Source: Candidatus Woesearchaeota archaeon
GTDB taxonomy: Archaea > Nanobdellota > Nanobdellia > Pacearchaeales > GW2011-AR1
Assembly: GCA_964408125.1 (NCBI GenBank)
Contig: CAYOYC010000002.1
Location: 1 to 47,975 of the forward strand
DNA length: 47,975 bases
Reading direction: 5' to 3'
In this document: positions 23,636 through 32,942 of the stretch, piece by piece
Layout of the letters: the number at the start of each line of letters is the position of its first letter
How positions within the stretch are numbered: the first letter of the stretch is position 1
The notes under the pieces: generated by a model
The model's database searches: none
The model's input: the letters and a program-made list of their open reading frames with translations, nothing else
What the model was told of the DNA's origin: nothing
Translations under genes and position numbers: made by a program

Positions 23636-24154
23636 TTATTTCATTGAGAATCTTTCTGGATTTATTCCTTGCGTTATGTGAACAATACCACCAGTCACTT
23701 GATATGTTTTTTTAGTAGCCGGCAGGAGTCTCCCTTTTGGAAATATTAATATTTGATCCCATTGAGACATCTCTGTTTTTCCAGATTCCCTATATTCTTG
23801 AAATTGATTCATCCAATCCCAATCAACTATGAACAATTCTCTGTTTGTCGCCATTCTTTCTAGCGATTTTATGTGAGTAGAATTTTTTATAGACGCTATC
23901 TCTCGATCAAGTGTGTATGTACCCAGAGCCCAATATGCTTCTTTTAAATTTCCATAGTCTTTTTGATGGCCTAAAACCCTCCAAGATAAGTTGGTATATC
24001 TTTCTGAGTGAGCCAATTTGAACTTAACTTCAACAACTTTTTGGTCGTCAATTAGATCTGGGCCATTAGATGGATTTACGCTCATGCCCAATGCTTGTGC
24101 TGCCCAGCGTTCGTTATTGAAATGCATAAGGGAGTTGAAAGTTCTTCGGTCCAT
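23636..24154 (-). CDS. PD-(D/E)xK nuclease-fold protein (orphan restriction-endonuclease-like)
   Basis: 'ERWAAQALG...NGPDLIDDQKVVEVKFK' matches an E ... PD ... ExK arrangement. No methyltransferase gene is adjacent. Confidence 0.5.
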   Translation of the reverse strand: MDRRTFNSLMHFNNERWAAQALGMSVNPSNGPDLIDDQKVVEVKFKLAHSERYTNLSWRVLGHQKDYGNLKEAYWALGTYTLDREIASIKNSTHIKSLERMATNRELFIVDWDWMNQFQEYRESGKTEMSQWDQILIFPKGRLLPATKKTYQVTGGIVHITQGINPERFSMK

Positions 24155-24215
24155 TATGGGGTGTCTTGAGACGTATTTAAAAGAATTTATGTTCTAGGGT
24201 TTTTAATCAATAAGC

Positions 24216-24223
24216 TTATAAAA
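24216..24223 (+). promoter_or_regulatory. TATA box (TTATAAAA) for tRNA-Val
   Basis: About 27 nt upstream of tRNA position +1 at 24247. Confidence 0.5.
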
Positions 24224-24246
24224 TAAAAGCTCCGTGAATAATTATT

Positions 24247-24317
24247 GATTCCATAGTATAATGGCAGAACAAAACCTTGACGTGGTTTAGACCCAGGTTC
24301 AATTCCTGGTGGAATCA
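24247..24317 (+). tRNA. tRNA-Val (anticodon GAC)
   Basis: Acceptor GATTCCA/TGGAATC, anticodon stem AAACC/GGTTT, loop TTGACGT, T arm CCAGG-TTCAATT-CCTGG. The D stem has one mismatch. Confidence 0.85.
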
Positions 24318-24368
24318 TTATTAGACGTCACAAATATATTTATATATCTAGTTTTTCTTGTTTTCTTA

Positions 24369-26204
24369 ATGGGAGTGATGAACAAAAGAGGTCAGGTAAC
24401 TATATTCATAATTTTAGCAATAGTTTTAGTTGTGGGTATTATTTTGTATTTTGTTTTTAATGGAGGTTCTTCGTCTGTAATCTCAAAGGATCTACAATCT
24501 GGGGAGGATGCTTATAAGTCGTGTATAACCGAACGGGTTAAGCTTGGAATTAGTTTGCTTGGGCAACAGGGCGGATATATATATTTAGATGAGTTGGAAT
24601 TTTATTCTGGAAGCCTGTATATGCCATCGTCTTCTCAGTTGGATTTTTATGGGAATGCGGTTCCATATTGGATGTTTGTTTCTGGAAATAATATTTTGAG
24701 AGAGCAGAAGCCCACAAAACAAAGTATGACTACAGAGTTAAGAAGATTCATATCAGAAGGTATTAATTCTTGTAATTTTGATAACTTAAATAGCGAGGGA
24801 ATTTATGTTGATGTTTACGACGGAAATATAGAGGTGGATATAAGAGATACATCAGTGGAAGTTACGCTAAATAATCCAATTTATATTTCATTTGAGGATC
24901 AATCGGCTACAATTAGTAATCATAAAATATCTATAAATTCAAAATTGGGTAAATTTTATAATTTAGCTACTGTGGTTTATAATAAAGAAAAAGAAGATGC
25001 ATTTTTGGAAGAATATGGATTAGATGTAATGCAACTGTATGCACCAGTTACTGGAGTTGAATTTACGTGTACTCCTATGTTTTTTAATGATGCTCAGGTC
25101 AAGAAAAATATTAGCCAGGGTTTGGAAGATAATATTGCATCTCTGAAAGTTTCTGGAAACTATTATGATTTAAATGATCCGCAACATTCTTATTTTGTCG
25201 TCGATGTTGGAGAAAACGTGGACGAAAATGTTAATTTTGTTTATTCTAAAAATTGGCCAACTGGAATAGAAATGTTTGGAGATAGACTTGTTCAACCAAT
25301 AGGAAATCAGCAGGGGCTTGGGATGTTTGGATTGTGTTTTGTTCCGTATCATTTTGTTTATAATATTAATTTCCCCGTTTTAATCCAGTTTTATGACAAT
25401 GGTGAACTTTTCCAATTTGGAGTCGTTGCTGTTATAAAGAATAGTCAGTCTAGAGAGGCGTTGTTGGCTGATGAAGAAACCCTTTCTGGCGAGCAGATAT
25501 GTGAAAATTCTAATGCAAATATAGATGTTTCTGTGTATGATTTAGATTTAAATCCAATTGTGGCAAATTTAAGATTTAGTTGTCTTGGCCAATCTTGCGA
25601 ATTAGGCAATTCTGTAAGTGGTTCTGGAAATTTCGATGTGCCAATGTGCGTCAATGGTGTTTTAGATGCTTATGTAGATGGATATGCACCAGCTTCTGTT
25701 AGTGTGTCTACGAATAGAGAGACGAGTGCTAATATATTAATGAAGAAAATTTATGATGTGAATGTTTCGGTGGGCAATCAGGATAAAATGAGTATTGTTT
25801 TTAGTTCTTCAGACTATAGTTCTGTATTAAATTATCCAGATGAAAAATCTGTTAAATTAGTAGAGGGTGGGTATAATATAACGGCATTTGTTTACAAAAA
25901 TACGTCGATTAATTTTGCTGGATTAAAAGATAGAAAGTGTTTGGATGTTCCATCTAGTAGTATTGGTGGAGTATTTGGGGCAACAGAGCAAAGGTGTTAT
26001 GATATTGATATACCAGCTCAGGAAATTGATTCGGCATTAGTTGGAGGAGGGAAGGCCTTTGATTATTTTACAGAGGAACAATTTTTAGATTCTCAATATT
26101 TGAAAATATCTGTCCCTATGTTTGGTGTTCCACAAAAAATAGAAGATTTACAAAACAATTATTTAGAATGGGAGGTTTCAAGGATTGACTTGACTTTTGA
26201 ATGA
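24369..26204 (+). CDS. Large extracellular protein with prepilin-like (class III) signal peptide
   Basis: The N-terminus MGVMNKRGQVTIFIILAIVLVVGIILYF has a basic stretch, then G, then a hydrophobic helix. A TATA at 24334-24347 favours ATG 24369. The listed 24309 start overlaps tRNA-Val. The stop overlaps the next ATG (ATGA). Confidence 0.7.
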   Translation: MGVMNKRGQVTIFIILAIVLVVGIILYFVFNGGSSSVISKDLQSGEDAYKSCITERVKLGISLLGQQGGYIYLDELEFYSGSLYMPSSSQLDFYGNAVPYWMFVSGNNILREQKPTKQSMTTELRRFISEGINSCNFDNLNSEGIYVDVYDGNIEVDIRDTSVEVTLNNPIYISFEDQSATISNHKISINSKLGKFYNLATVVYNKEKEDAFLEEYGLDVMQLYAPVTGVEFTCTPMFFNDAQVKKNISQGLEDNIASLKVSGNYYDLNDPQHSYFVVDVGENVDENVNFVYSKNWPTGIEMFGDRLVQPIGNQQGLGMFGLCFVPYHFVYNINFPVLIQFYDNGELFQFGVVAVIKNSQSREALLADEETLSGEQICENSNANIDVSVYDLDLNPIVANLRFSCLGQSCELGNSVSGSGNFDVPMCVNGVLDAYVDGYAPASVSVSTNRETSANILMKKIYDVNVSVGNQDKMSIVFSSSDYSSVLNYPDEKSVKLVEGGYNITAFVYKNTSINFAGLKDRKCLDVPSSSIGGVFGATEQRCYDIDIPAQEIDSALVGGGKAFDYFTEEQFLDSQYLKISVPMFGVPQKIEDLQNNYLEWEVSRIDLTFE

Positions 26205-29200
26205 TGGCGTTAAAAATATACATTTGCATTGCGTTAATGTTTTTATTAGCAGGGGTAGGGGCTGCAGCATTTACCAATCCTGCTGCTACAACTGTGAGTT
26301 CTTCTGGTCCAGGTTATCAATTTACGAATCCTAGTATATCTAGTATGTATTCTTCTTCGGATATATCTACATATTGGCCGGCACTTGCACAGCAAATGGA
26401 AAGTGGACAATGCGAGGGGAATACTGATTTCTTGGTTATGATTCCACCTGGAGGATGTAGTCCGGCAGTTGTGAGAAGCGATTTATTGGAAGAGCAAAAT
26501 GTTCCAGTGTTTTGTCAGCTTGAATCTGTCAAAGTTAATCCGTTAATAAAAGTTTCGTCTATAAAATCAATTTCATTTAAGGGTGCGTATCCTGGAGAGA
26601 TTTCAGGAGTTAGTTTTTATCCTTCTCGAGCAGCTCTAAAAAGCTATACAACTTTATTAGGGAGTCCAATTGTAAACAATATTGGTTATGTTGTTATCGT
26701 TTTGAAAAAACAGAATAATGAAAGTTCTATGGCAAAAAATGTTTCTGGAAGTTTAACTGCTACAATGTATTATGATGCAGAAAAGGCTTTTGGCGTCGGT
26801 GCTTCGGAGTTTTATTTGCAAACTATGAATGAAAATGATTGGCAAACCGATTGGGCTCAACAAACTTTCTGGGGAGGAAGAGGTGTTATGAAGTTGGTAG
26901 ATATACAAAGAGATGAGGTGACTGTAGAAGTTCTAACTAATAACCAAGATGTTATTAGAAGTGTTAAATTAAAGGTTGGTGAGACAAGCAGCGAGTTTTA
27001 TTTCCCGGGATTTTATTGTCAGGCTGGGATGAAGTTGAAACTAAATTCTATTGTTTCTCCGGAAGATTCTGTTTTGTTGAATATAGATGGCACAACGATG
27101 GATGCAAGAGTTGGAACGAAATTAATAAATGGTAGGTGTACTGTTAAATCTCTTGATGTTTTTGCGGGAGAAACTGGCACTGTAAAGATAATTTGCGATG
27201 GGAAGGCATTCGATTTGAGTTTGTTAAATAATTATAGAGCGAATTTTACAGTTGGGGATAAAAATTCAATTCGTGATTTGGGAGATGTTGTTAATTCTTC
27301 TACTGATAATAATTTGTATTTGGCTTATACTGGATACGTAAGTGGAGCGGAGTATGCGGGTATGAGTGTTGGTACAGAATTTGTTGTTTTGATAAAAGAT
27401 AAAACAGCGCCAGATAAAACTGTTTACTCTCAAATTGCTACTAAGATAGAAAATACATTCAATGGACTGGCTGCGGGCATGAGTATGGATGCGCTTAAGG
27501 TAGCGATAAGAGTTGGTAAATATACAAATGATGATTTGATTATTTTAAATAGAACAGAGAGTCTTCCTGATATTAATTTTAATGGGTTTGTGGATAAAGA
27601 CAGCAATCCAATTAGTGGTGTTGCAAGTTCTGTAGAGAATAATGATGCGAGCGAGTATTTTGAAGCAGGAGATGAGGCTATACAAGAATTATTAAAACAA
27701 TATCCAACTACTACGCCAACTACAACAACCGTATCTACGCAACAGTCTTTCGGAGAGCAAGGACTTTTAGAAGAAATAGATTTGATTAGGGCATCTGAAG
27801 GGAAATTAGATTACAGCGGTAAAAAAATAGAATTAATGAATAGATTTTTAGAACTTTATCCAGAGTCTCCGAATGCTAATGGTGTAAGATCTGATTTATC
27901 GATGGCACAGAGAACAGATTCAACTAATGCGTATAGAACTATTTATGTAAACAATGAATATCATTCTATCGGGGTTGTTAAGTTTAAGCCAACAGATTCT
28001 ACGGGTAAGGGTGTTGAATTGTTGGTGGATGGAAAAGTTGTGAAAGATGATGAAAGTGGGAGTTCTGTCTTTAAAGTGGGGCAAAGTGTTAATTTATCTA
28101 AAATTGCAGGAAATTATCCAGGTAGAAAGGATTATTTGATTATAAAAGATATAAAGGTTGATAGGATTATCGTTGATGCTTATAATGATACAGAATTAAA
28201 ATATAAAGATCAGGATATTATGTTTGGGGAGAATTCAGATGGTACTCAGAAATATAAGGAGTTTAGCTTTGATAAAATTAAATATAAAGTTGTATTAAAT
28301 GATTTAAATGTCAAAAAGGTTGCGTATGTTAGTTTGGTTTCTAATTTGAAAACGAGTTCAGAAGCGAATTTTACTTATAATATAGGAATTGAAAAAAGAG
28401 CTATACAGTTGAATCCAGAAAAAGCAATGGATAGAGCTAGTGAATTGAATAAAACAATACAAAGATGGGAAGAAAAAAATGCGAAGATTGGATCTTTGGT
28501 GGAAAAATGGAAGGGTGTTTGTTTAGCTACGGGGTTGGCCCTACAGGTTAAGAATTTTGTAAGTGGTTTATCTGGTGAAAGTTTTGCAAGACAGAATGTT
28601 ATGATGGTATATAGATCAAAGTGTGAGAATAGTGCAATAAATCCTAAGACTGGCGAATCCTATAATAAGGCTAGTAGTGATGTTTGTTATAATTCCTTAT
28701 CTGATGAGATTGCAAAAGATGTCGATGCTTACTCTGTGGCAGTTGAGAGCGTAAATGACGAAATAGAAACTTATGGTGGTAAGTTGGATAGTTGGAAGTC
28801 GAGTGGATCATGTTCTATAGTGATAGATGGATGTAAAGAAAATGTTCAGGCGAAAGATTTGAATTCGTGGGCAGATGTTAGACAGTGCTTGTTAAATAAA
28901 AAAATACAGGTATCTAGTGCAACTCAAGATTTGAAAAATGATGTAAAAACTAGAACGGAAGGACAATTGAGAGCAGCTTGCGAAAATAAACAGCAATCTC
29001 AAGCGTTGGTAGATATAGCGGATCAGTTGCCTGAAGGATTTAAAGAGAGCGCAATTGTTTTACAGGATAATGTGAGGAAAGATTATAGTTTGGAGAAATA
29101 TCAAACTGTTGCGGCTACTAATCTCAAGGGGAAGATAATGAATATATCTCCAAATGAAGGGTTTGTACAATTAAGTGCATTGTTGGATTCTAATAAAGAT

Positions 29201-31849
29201 AAGAACGTTGGGGTTGCTACAACTATGGTTGGGGCTGATTATAAGTTGATTGTTATTACAAATTTAGCTGGAACACCAGTTCCGAGTGTATATAACATTT
29301 CTAGTCCAAGTGGTTCCAATTATCAAATTACAGGATTAGATAATGATTTACTTAGGAAAATTAGTGTTTCACAGATTGCAGGTAAAAAGTGCGCATATAA
29401 ATATACAAATCCGACGGTGAGATATTATGATAGCGAACCGAATAAAGGGATGCCGGCAATTACTCCGATTGATTTGAATACAGGATGGTATGTGTATATT
29501 CCGCAAACTCAGGGTGGAGTTTTATCCAGTGGTGTTCAGGGATATCAATCATCTGGAGCGGTGCAATTTTATTATTTATGTAATGTTGGGAGCAATGGTA
29601 GAGAGGATATGAAGGGTAATGATGATATTTGCCAGAGTTTCAATATTAATAATTATAATAATGTGGATGCATTTAGTGGTTGTTCAATGACGAGGTCAGA
29701 AATACAATCAATGGCTAAGAAAGCAGAAGATGTTATTAAGCGTGTGGCTAGTCAATATAAAGATGGGGTTAGCAGTGTAAATATACAGGGAGTTGGGGAT
29801 AATATTAATGTAGGAGCGGGGATGTCGGGAGATGGAGATTTATACCAGTGTCAGGATTTTATGAGTCCGGAAGATTGTAGAATTATGTATAATGTTTGTG
29901 ATCCGGTTATATGTCCGCCATCGAGATGTAATTTTGGTGGGAAGATACCAGTTGCAAATGTAATTCAATCTGGAATAATTGGAAGTTTGGTTTTATGTCT
30001 TCCTAATTCTATTTTACTCAAGGGAGATGTTTTAATCCCAGTTTGCTTAACGGGAATACATGCAGGCATTGAGGGATATGTTTCTATTTTGAAAGCACAG
30101 CAGGCTTGTTTAACTGAATATGCAAAAACAGGAAAACACGTGGGTATATGTGATGAGATGACTGCAGTTTACAAATGTGAATTTTTCTGGAGACAGGCTT
30201 CGCCGTTGATACAAAATATAATTCCAAAATTATTTGAGTTTGCTTATACGGGAGGCTATAATAAACAATCAGGTGGTGGAGAATATGCTATTTTCCAAAG
30301 ATCTTGGGACAATATGCAGAAGAGTATTGATTATTTTAAGAATACATATGCATCGACTTCTTTCACTGCCTTGAAATTTGGAAATGTTCAAGAAGTGGGT
30401 TCGTCATTTTGTAAGAATTTTATTGGGACATCTTTACCTACGTCTGCTAATGCTTTGGATGCTATGTTAAAACCAGAATCTCCTTCGCAGTTTTATGGAA
30501 AGTTTTCAGAAATACCGTTGACGGATGCGACTGTTCCGGCTAGTTCGCAATATAAGGTTTATTATCATATTTATGCAGGAACAGATCAGGGTGTGAGATA
30601 TACTGTTTATTTGAAGAATCCACCAGCTACTAGTTATTATCAAACTGCGCAGACTGTTGTGGTAAAACAGGGATACATTGCGCTTGGTGAGCAGGCAGAT
30701 GAGGCTATTGATTTTAGCGCGCCTGCAGGATATAAGGAATTGTGTATAATAATAAATAATCAAGAAGAGTGTGGGTTCCAATCCATTTCTACTGAATTTA
30801 CTATTAATTTAGTTCATGATATGTATGCTAAAGAACAGGGTAATACTGAAAATATAGAAACTGAAAAAGAATGTATACAGGGCAGCCCGTCTGTTTTGGC
30901 GTTGGCAAATACAAATTTGGAAGCGGGTGCGGATGAAGCGATTAATCCAGATATTTCCTTGAGAGGAATAAATAGAGTGTGTGCGACTCAAAATCCTGGG
31001 CAGGGAACGAATAGTGTTAATTGGAAGTCGGTGGGCTTTTGTGGAGACCAGAAACTAACTTGTTGGCTGGACTTGAGTTCGGTAAATAATGACGCGATGA
31101 ATGTTTTGAAAAAAGTTGGAACGATTGCGAATACTCGGGAAGTTTTAAGCGGGAGTGACCCGAATGTGCAATATAAAGACGATTTATATAATAGTGCGGT
31201 GAAGATTGAAGAGCTGAAGGGTGATATAAAGAAATTAAAGGAAGTAAGGAAAACGGAAGACAATAATATTGATAAGAGTGTTGATCCATTATTGGTAAAG
31301 ATCGAAGATGTAATGAAATATGCCTATTCGGATGCGAATAAAGCAGAGCTTTTATTATTGAAATATAGAATGTATGAGGTTGCGACTAGGGTGATGTTGG
31401 GGATAAAATTAGAAAATAGTGCTCCTCTTAAGGCTGTTACGGCTACCGCGGATGCCTCAACTAATACTCCTGTCGTAGTCGCTCAGACTATTAAAAAAAT
31501 AACAAGAATAACATTTAATGATAATTATGTTATAGAGGATATAACGTCCTCTTCATCGCTTTTAAATAAACCAGATTTGCCGGTCGGTGAACCCATTAAA
31601 ATGGGAATTGAGAATGATTGTGCCTCACTTAGTGTTTACAGACAAAGACTGAGTGGCGTACTTTGGGGTCTTTTTGATTCTAGTTTAACAAGTGATGTTG
31701 ATGGAGAGTATTTGGTTGGGGACAGTTTCTCTGATGGAGATGAGATTGTATTAAGGGTGAAGTGTCTTGATTCTGAGGATAAACCACAGCAGTCTTTGCA
31801 TATTACCGTTAGTTTTACAAAAGTATTATTAGGAACGGTTGATTCTTAA
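26201..31849 (+). CDS. Giant (1882-aa) secreted Cys-rich surface protein, no recognisable family
   Basis: Uninterrupted ORF with Sec-type signal MMALKIYICIALMFLLAGVGAAA/FTNP. It has a Thr/Pro linker PTTTPTTTTV, many NxS/T sequons and many paired Cys. There is no C-terminal TM segment. Confidence 0.8.
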   Translation: MMALKIYICIALMFLLAGVGAAAFTNPAATTVSSSGPGYQFTNPSISSMYSSSDISTYWPALAQQMESGQCEGNTDFLVMIPPGGCSPAVVRSDLLEEQNVPVFCQLESVKVNPLIKVSSIKSISFKGAYPGEISGVSFYPSRAALKSYTTLLGSPIVNNIGYVVIVLKKQNNESSMAKNVSGSLTATMYYDAEKAFGVGASEFYLQTMNENDWQTDWAQQTFWGGRGVMKLVDIQRDEVTVEVLTNNQDVIRSVKLKVGETSSEFYFPGFYCQAGMKLKLNSIVSPEDSVLLNIDGTTMDARVGTKLINGRCTVKSLDVFAGETGTVKIICDGKAFDLSLLNNYRANFTVGDKNSIRDLGDVVNSSTDNNLYLAYTGYVSGAEYAGMSVGTEFVVLIKDKTAPDKTVYSQIATKIENTFNGLAAGMSMDALKVAIRVGKYTNDDLIILNRTESLPDINFNGFVDKDSNPISGVASSVENNDASEYFEAGDEAIQELLKQYPTTTPTTTTVSTQQSFGEQGLLEEIDLIRASEGKLDYSGKKIELMNRFLELYPESPNANGVRSDLSMAQRTDSTNAYRTIYVNNEYHSIGVVKFKPTDSTGKGVELLVDGKVVKDDESGSSVFKVGQSVNLSKIAGNYPGRKDYLIIKDIKVDRIIVDAYNDTELKYKDQDIMFGENSDGTQKYKEFSFDKIKYKVVLNDLNVKKVAYVSLVSNLKTSSEANFTYNIGIEKRAIQLNPEKAMDRASELNKTIQRWEEKNAKIGSLVEKWKGVCLATGLALQVKNFVSGLSGESFARQNVMMVYRSKCENSAINPKTGESYNKASSDVCYNSLSDEIAKDVDAYSVAVESVNDEIETYGGKLDSWKSSGSCSIVIDGCKENVQAKDLNSWADVRQCLLNKKIQVSSATQDLKNDVKTRTEGQLRAACENKQQSQALVDIADQLPEGFKESAIVLQDNVRKDYSLEKYQTVAATNLKGKIMNISPNEGFVQLSALLDSNKDKNVGVATTMVGADYKLIVITNLAGTPVPSVYNISSPSGSNYQITGLDNDLLRKISVSQIAGKKCAYKYTNPTVRYYDSEPNKGMPAITPIDLNTGWYVYIPQTQGGVLSSGVQGYQSSGAVQFYYLCNVGSNGREDMKGNDDICQSFNINNYNNVDAFSGCSMTRSEIQSMAKKAEDVIKRVASQYKDGVSSVNIQGVGDNINVGAGMSGDGDLYQCQDFMSPEDCRIMYNVCDPVICPPSRCNFGGKIPVANVIQSGIIGSLVLCLPNSILLKGDVLIPVCLTGIHAGIEGYVSILKAQQACLTEYAKTGKHVGICDEMTAVYKCEFFWRQASPLIQNIIPKLFEFAYTGGYNKQSGGGEYAIFQRSWDNMQKSIDYFKNTYASTSFTALKFGNVQEVGSSFCKNFIGTSLPTSANALDAMLKPESPSQFYGKFSEIPLTDATVPASSQYKVYYHIYAGTDQGVRYTVYLKNPPATSYYQTAQTVVVKQGYIALGEQADEAIDFSAPAGYKELCIIINNQEECGFQSISTEFTINLVHDMYAKEQGNTENIETEKECIQGSPSVLALANTNLEAGADEAINPDISLRGINRVCATQNPGQGTNSVNWKSVGFCGDQKLTCWLDLSSVNNDAMNVLKKVGTIANTREVLSGSDPNVQYKDDLYNSAVKIEELKGDIKKLKEVRKTEDNNIDKSVDPLLVKIEDVMKYAYSDANKAELLLLKYRMYEVATRVMLGIKLENSAPLKAVTATADASTNTPVVVAQTIKKITRITFNDNYVIEDITSSSSLLNKPDLPVGEPIKMGIENDCASLSVYRQRLSGVLWGLFDSSLTSDVDGEYLVGDSFSDGDEIVLRVKCLDSEDKPQQSLHITVSFTKVLLGTVDS

Positions 31850-31853
31850 ATAA

Positions 31854-32708
31854 TTATTCTACAAGTGGGACAAGGGCATCGAAATCTACTGAGCCAAATA
31901 TTAATCTTTCTGCGGGTGTAGTATTTGTTATTGCTGGTGTTGGCGTGTATGGTATTTTAACTAGTTTTCCTTCAACGGGTCTTGAGATATTTCCTCTTAT
32001 AGAAAATTTCTCTCTTGCATTCCCTTGTGAATCGAATGTTGTTGTTCTTTGTGCCCCTTCAGTTGGGTCAACTAGCATAAAATTTGTAGAGCCAACACTA
32101 TTTGTTCCAGAATAAACAGAATCTAATGTAGGGATAACCAAGTAATTATGAGAGCCAATTCTGCTGAAGTTTACAGTGCTAATATCTTCTCTTGAAGGAG
32201 ATACTGTTACGACAGAAGAATTTTTACCTGTTTGTGTTGTATATGGCCTAAATGAATTGGTGTTGCTTCCTATTGTTATTCTAGTAGTTTTAACGGCGCC
32301 AGTATTTACTGAAGTTACTCCCGGTGATGTAGCGATCACGTTAACTGGGAAATACATTTTTCCATTTCCAGTCGATGTCACTTCTCCATTTTCTTGGTCA
32401 AATTCAGAGTTTGCTAGTTCGCAGAGATAAACGCCCATTGTACTTGTTCTTGGAAGTATTTCATCGCCAACCTTTGCAGTCATTCCAGCTGGTATTGATT
32501 TAACAAAATAAGGTGTTCTTTCTTGGATGCCATTCGCTTTTTTTGTAAGCGGGCTTAGAACTGGAACATTATATCCCCTTGTTTGTGCGGCATAATCTGA
32601 GCCAGACTTAACATTAGATACATCTACTCTGTCAGTATTAAAAGATGTACATCCGACCAAAAATGATAAAAGTCCTCCAGCGATTGCATTTCGTGATATA
32701 TTTCTCAT
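31854..32708 (-). CDS. Lipoprotein-like secreted Ser/Thr/Asn-rich protein
   Basis: N-terminus MRNISRNAIAGGLLSFLVGC with a lipobox-like LVGC. A TATA lies about 25-30 nt upstream of the ATG. Confidence 0.6.
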   Translation of the reverse strand: MRNISRNAIAGGLLSFLVGCTSFNTDRVDVSNVKSGSDYAAQTRGYNVPVLSPLTKKANGIQERTPYFVKSIPAGMTAKVGDEILPRTSTMGVYLCELANSEFDQENGEVTSTGNGKMYFPVNVIATSPGVTSVNTGAVKTTRITIGSNTNSFRPYTTQTGKNSSVVTVSPSREDISTVNFSRIGSHNYLVIPTLDSVYSGTNSVGSTNFMLVDPTEGAQRTTTFDSQGNAREKFSIRGNISRPVEGKLVKIPYTPTPAITNTTPAERLIFGSVDFDALVPLVE

Positions 32709-32808
32709 AAGTTTGTTACCAAAAAGACATTTATAAATCTTTTGGTTTTGTTACTATTAAGTAATTAATACAAAATGAAGAGGTGTTTTTTATTCGCAAA
32801 ATAATTAA

Positions 32809-32891
32809 TGGGGAGAAGAGGACTCGAACCCCTGTAAGCGTAAGCTACGACGGCCTAAACGTCGCCCGTTTGACCACTCCGGCATCTCCCC
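32809..32891 (-). tRNA. tRNA-Leu (anticodon UAG), class II with long variable arm
   Basis: The reverse complement folds as GGGGAGA...CGACG-TTTAGGC-CGTCG-TAGCTTACGCTTAC-AGGGG-TTCGAGT-CCTCT-TCTCCCC-A. Confidence 0.9.
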
Positions 32892-32942
32892 ATGATAGAA
32901 TTAGGGGTTTTGACTAGTATAAAAAGATTTGTTTTAGGGAAA

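Noticed and set aside
24309-24368. The listed start of the 631-aa ORF at 24309.
   Set aside because: It overlaps the 3' end of tRNA-Val and uses a non-ATG start. ATG 24369 has a TATA about 27 nt upstream and gives a sensible signal peptide.
30506-31289. Four minus-strand ORFs of 60-91 aa inside the 3' part of the giant gene.
   Set aside because: All are embedded antisense in a continuous 5.6-kb ORF, and none has a promoter-like context.
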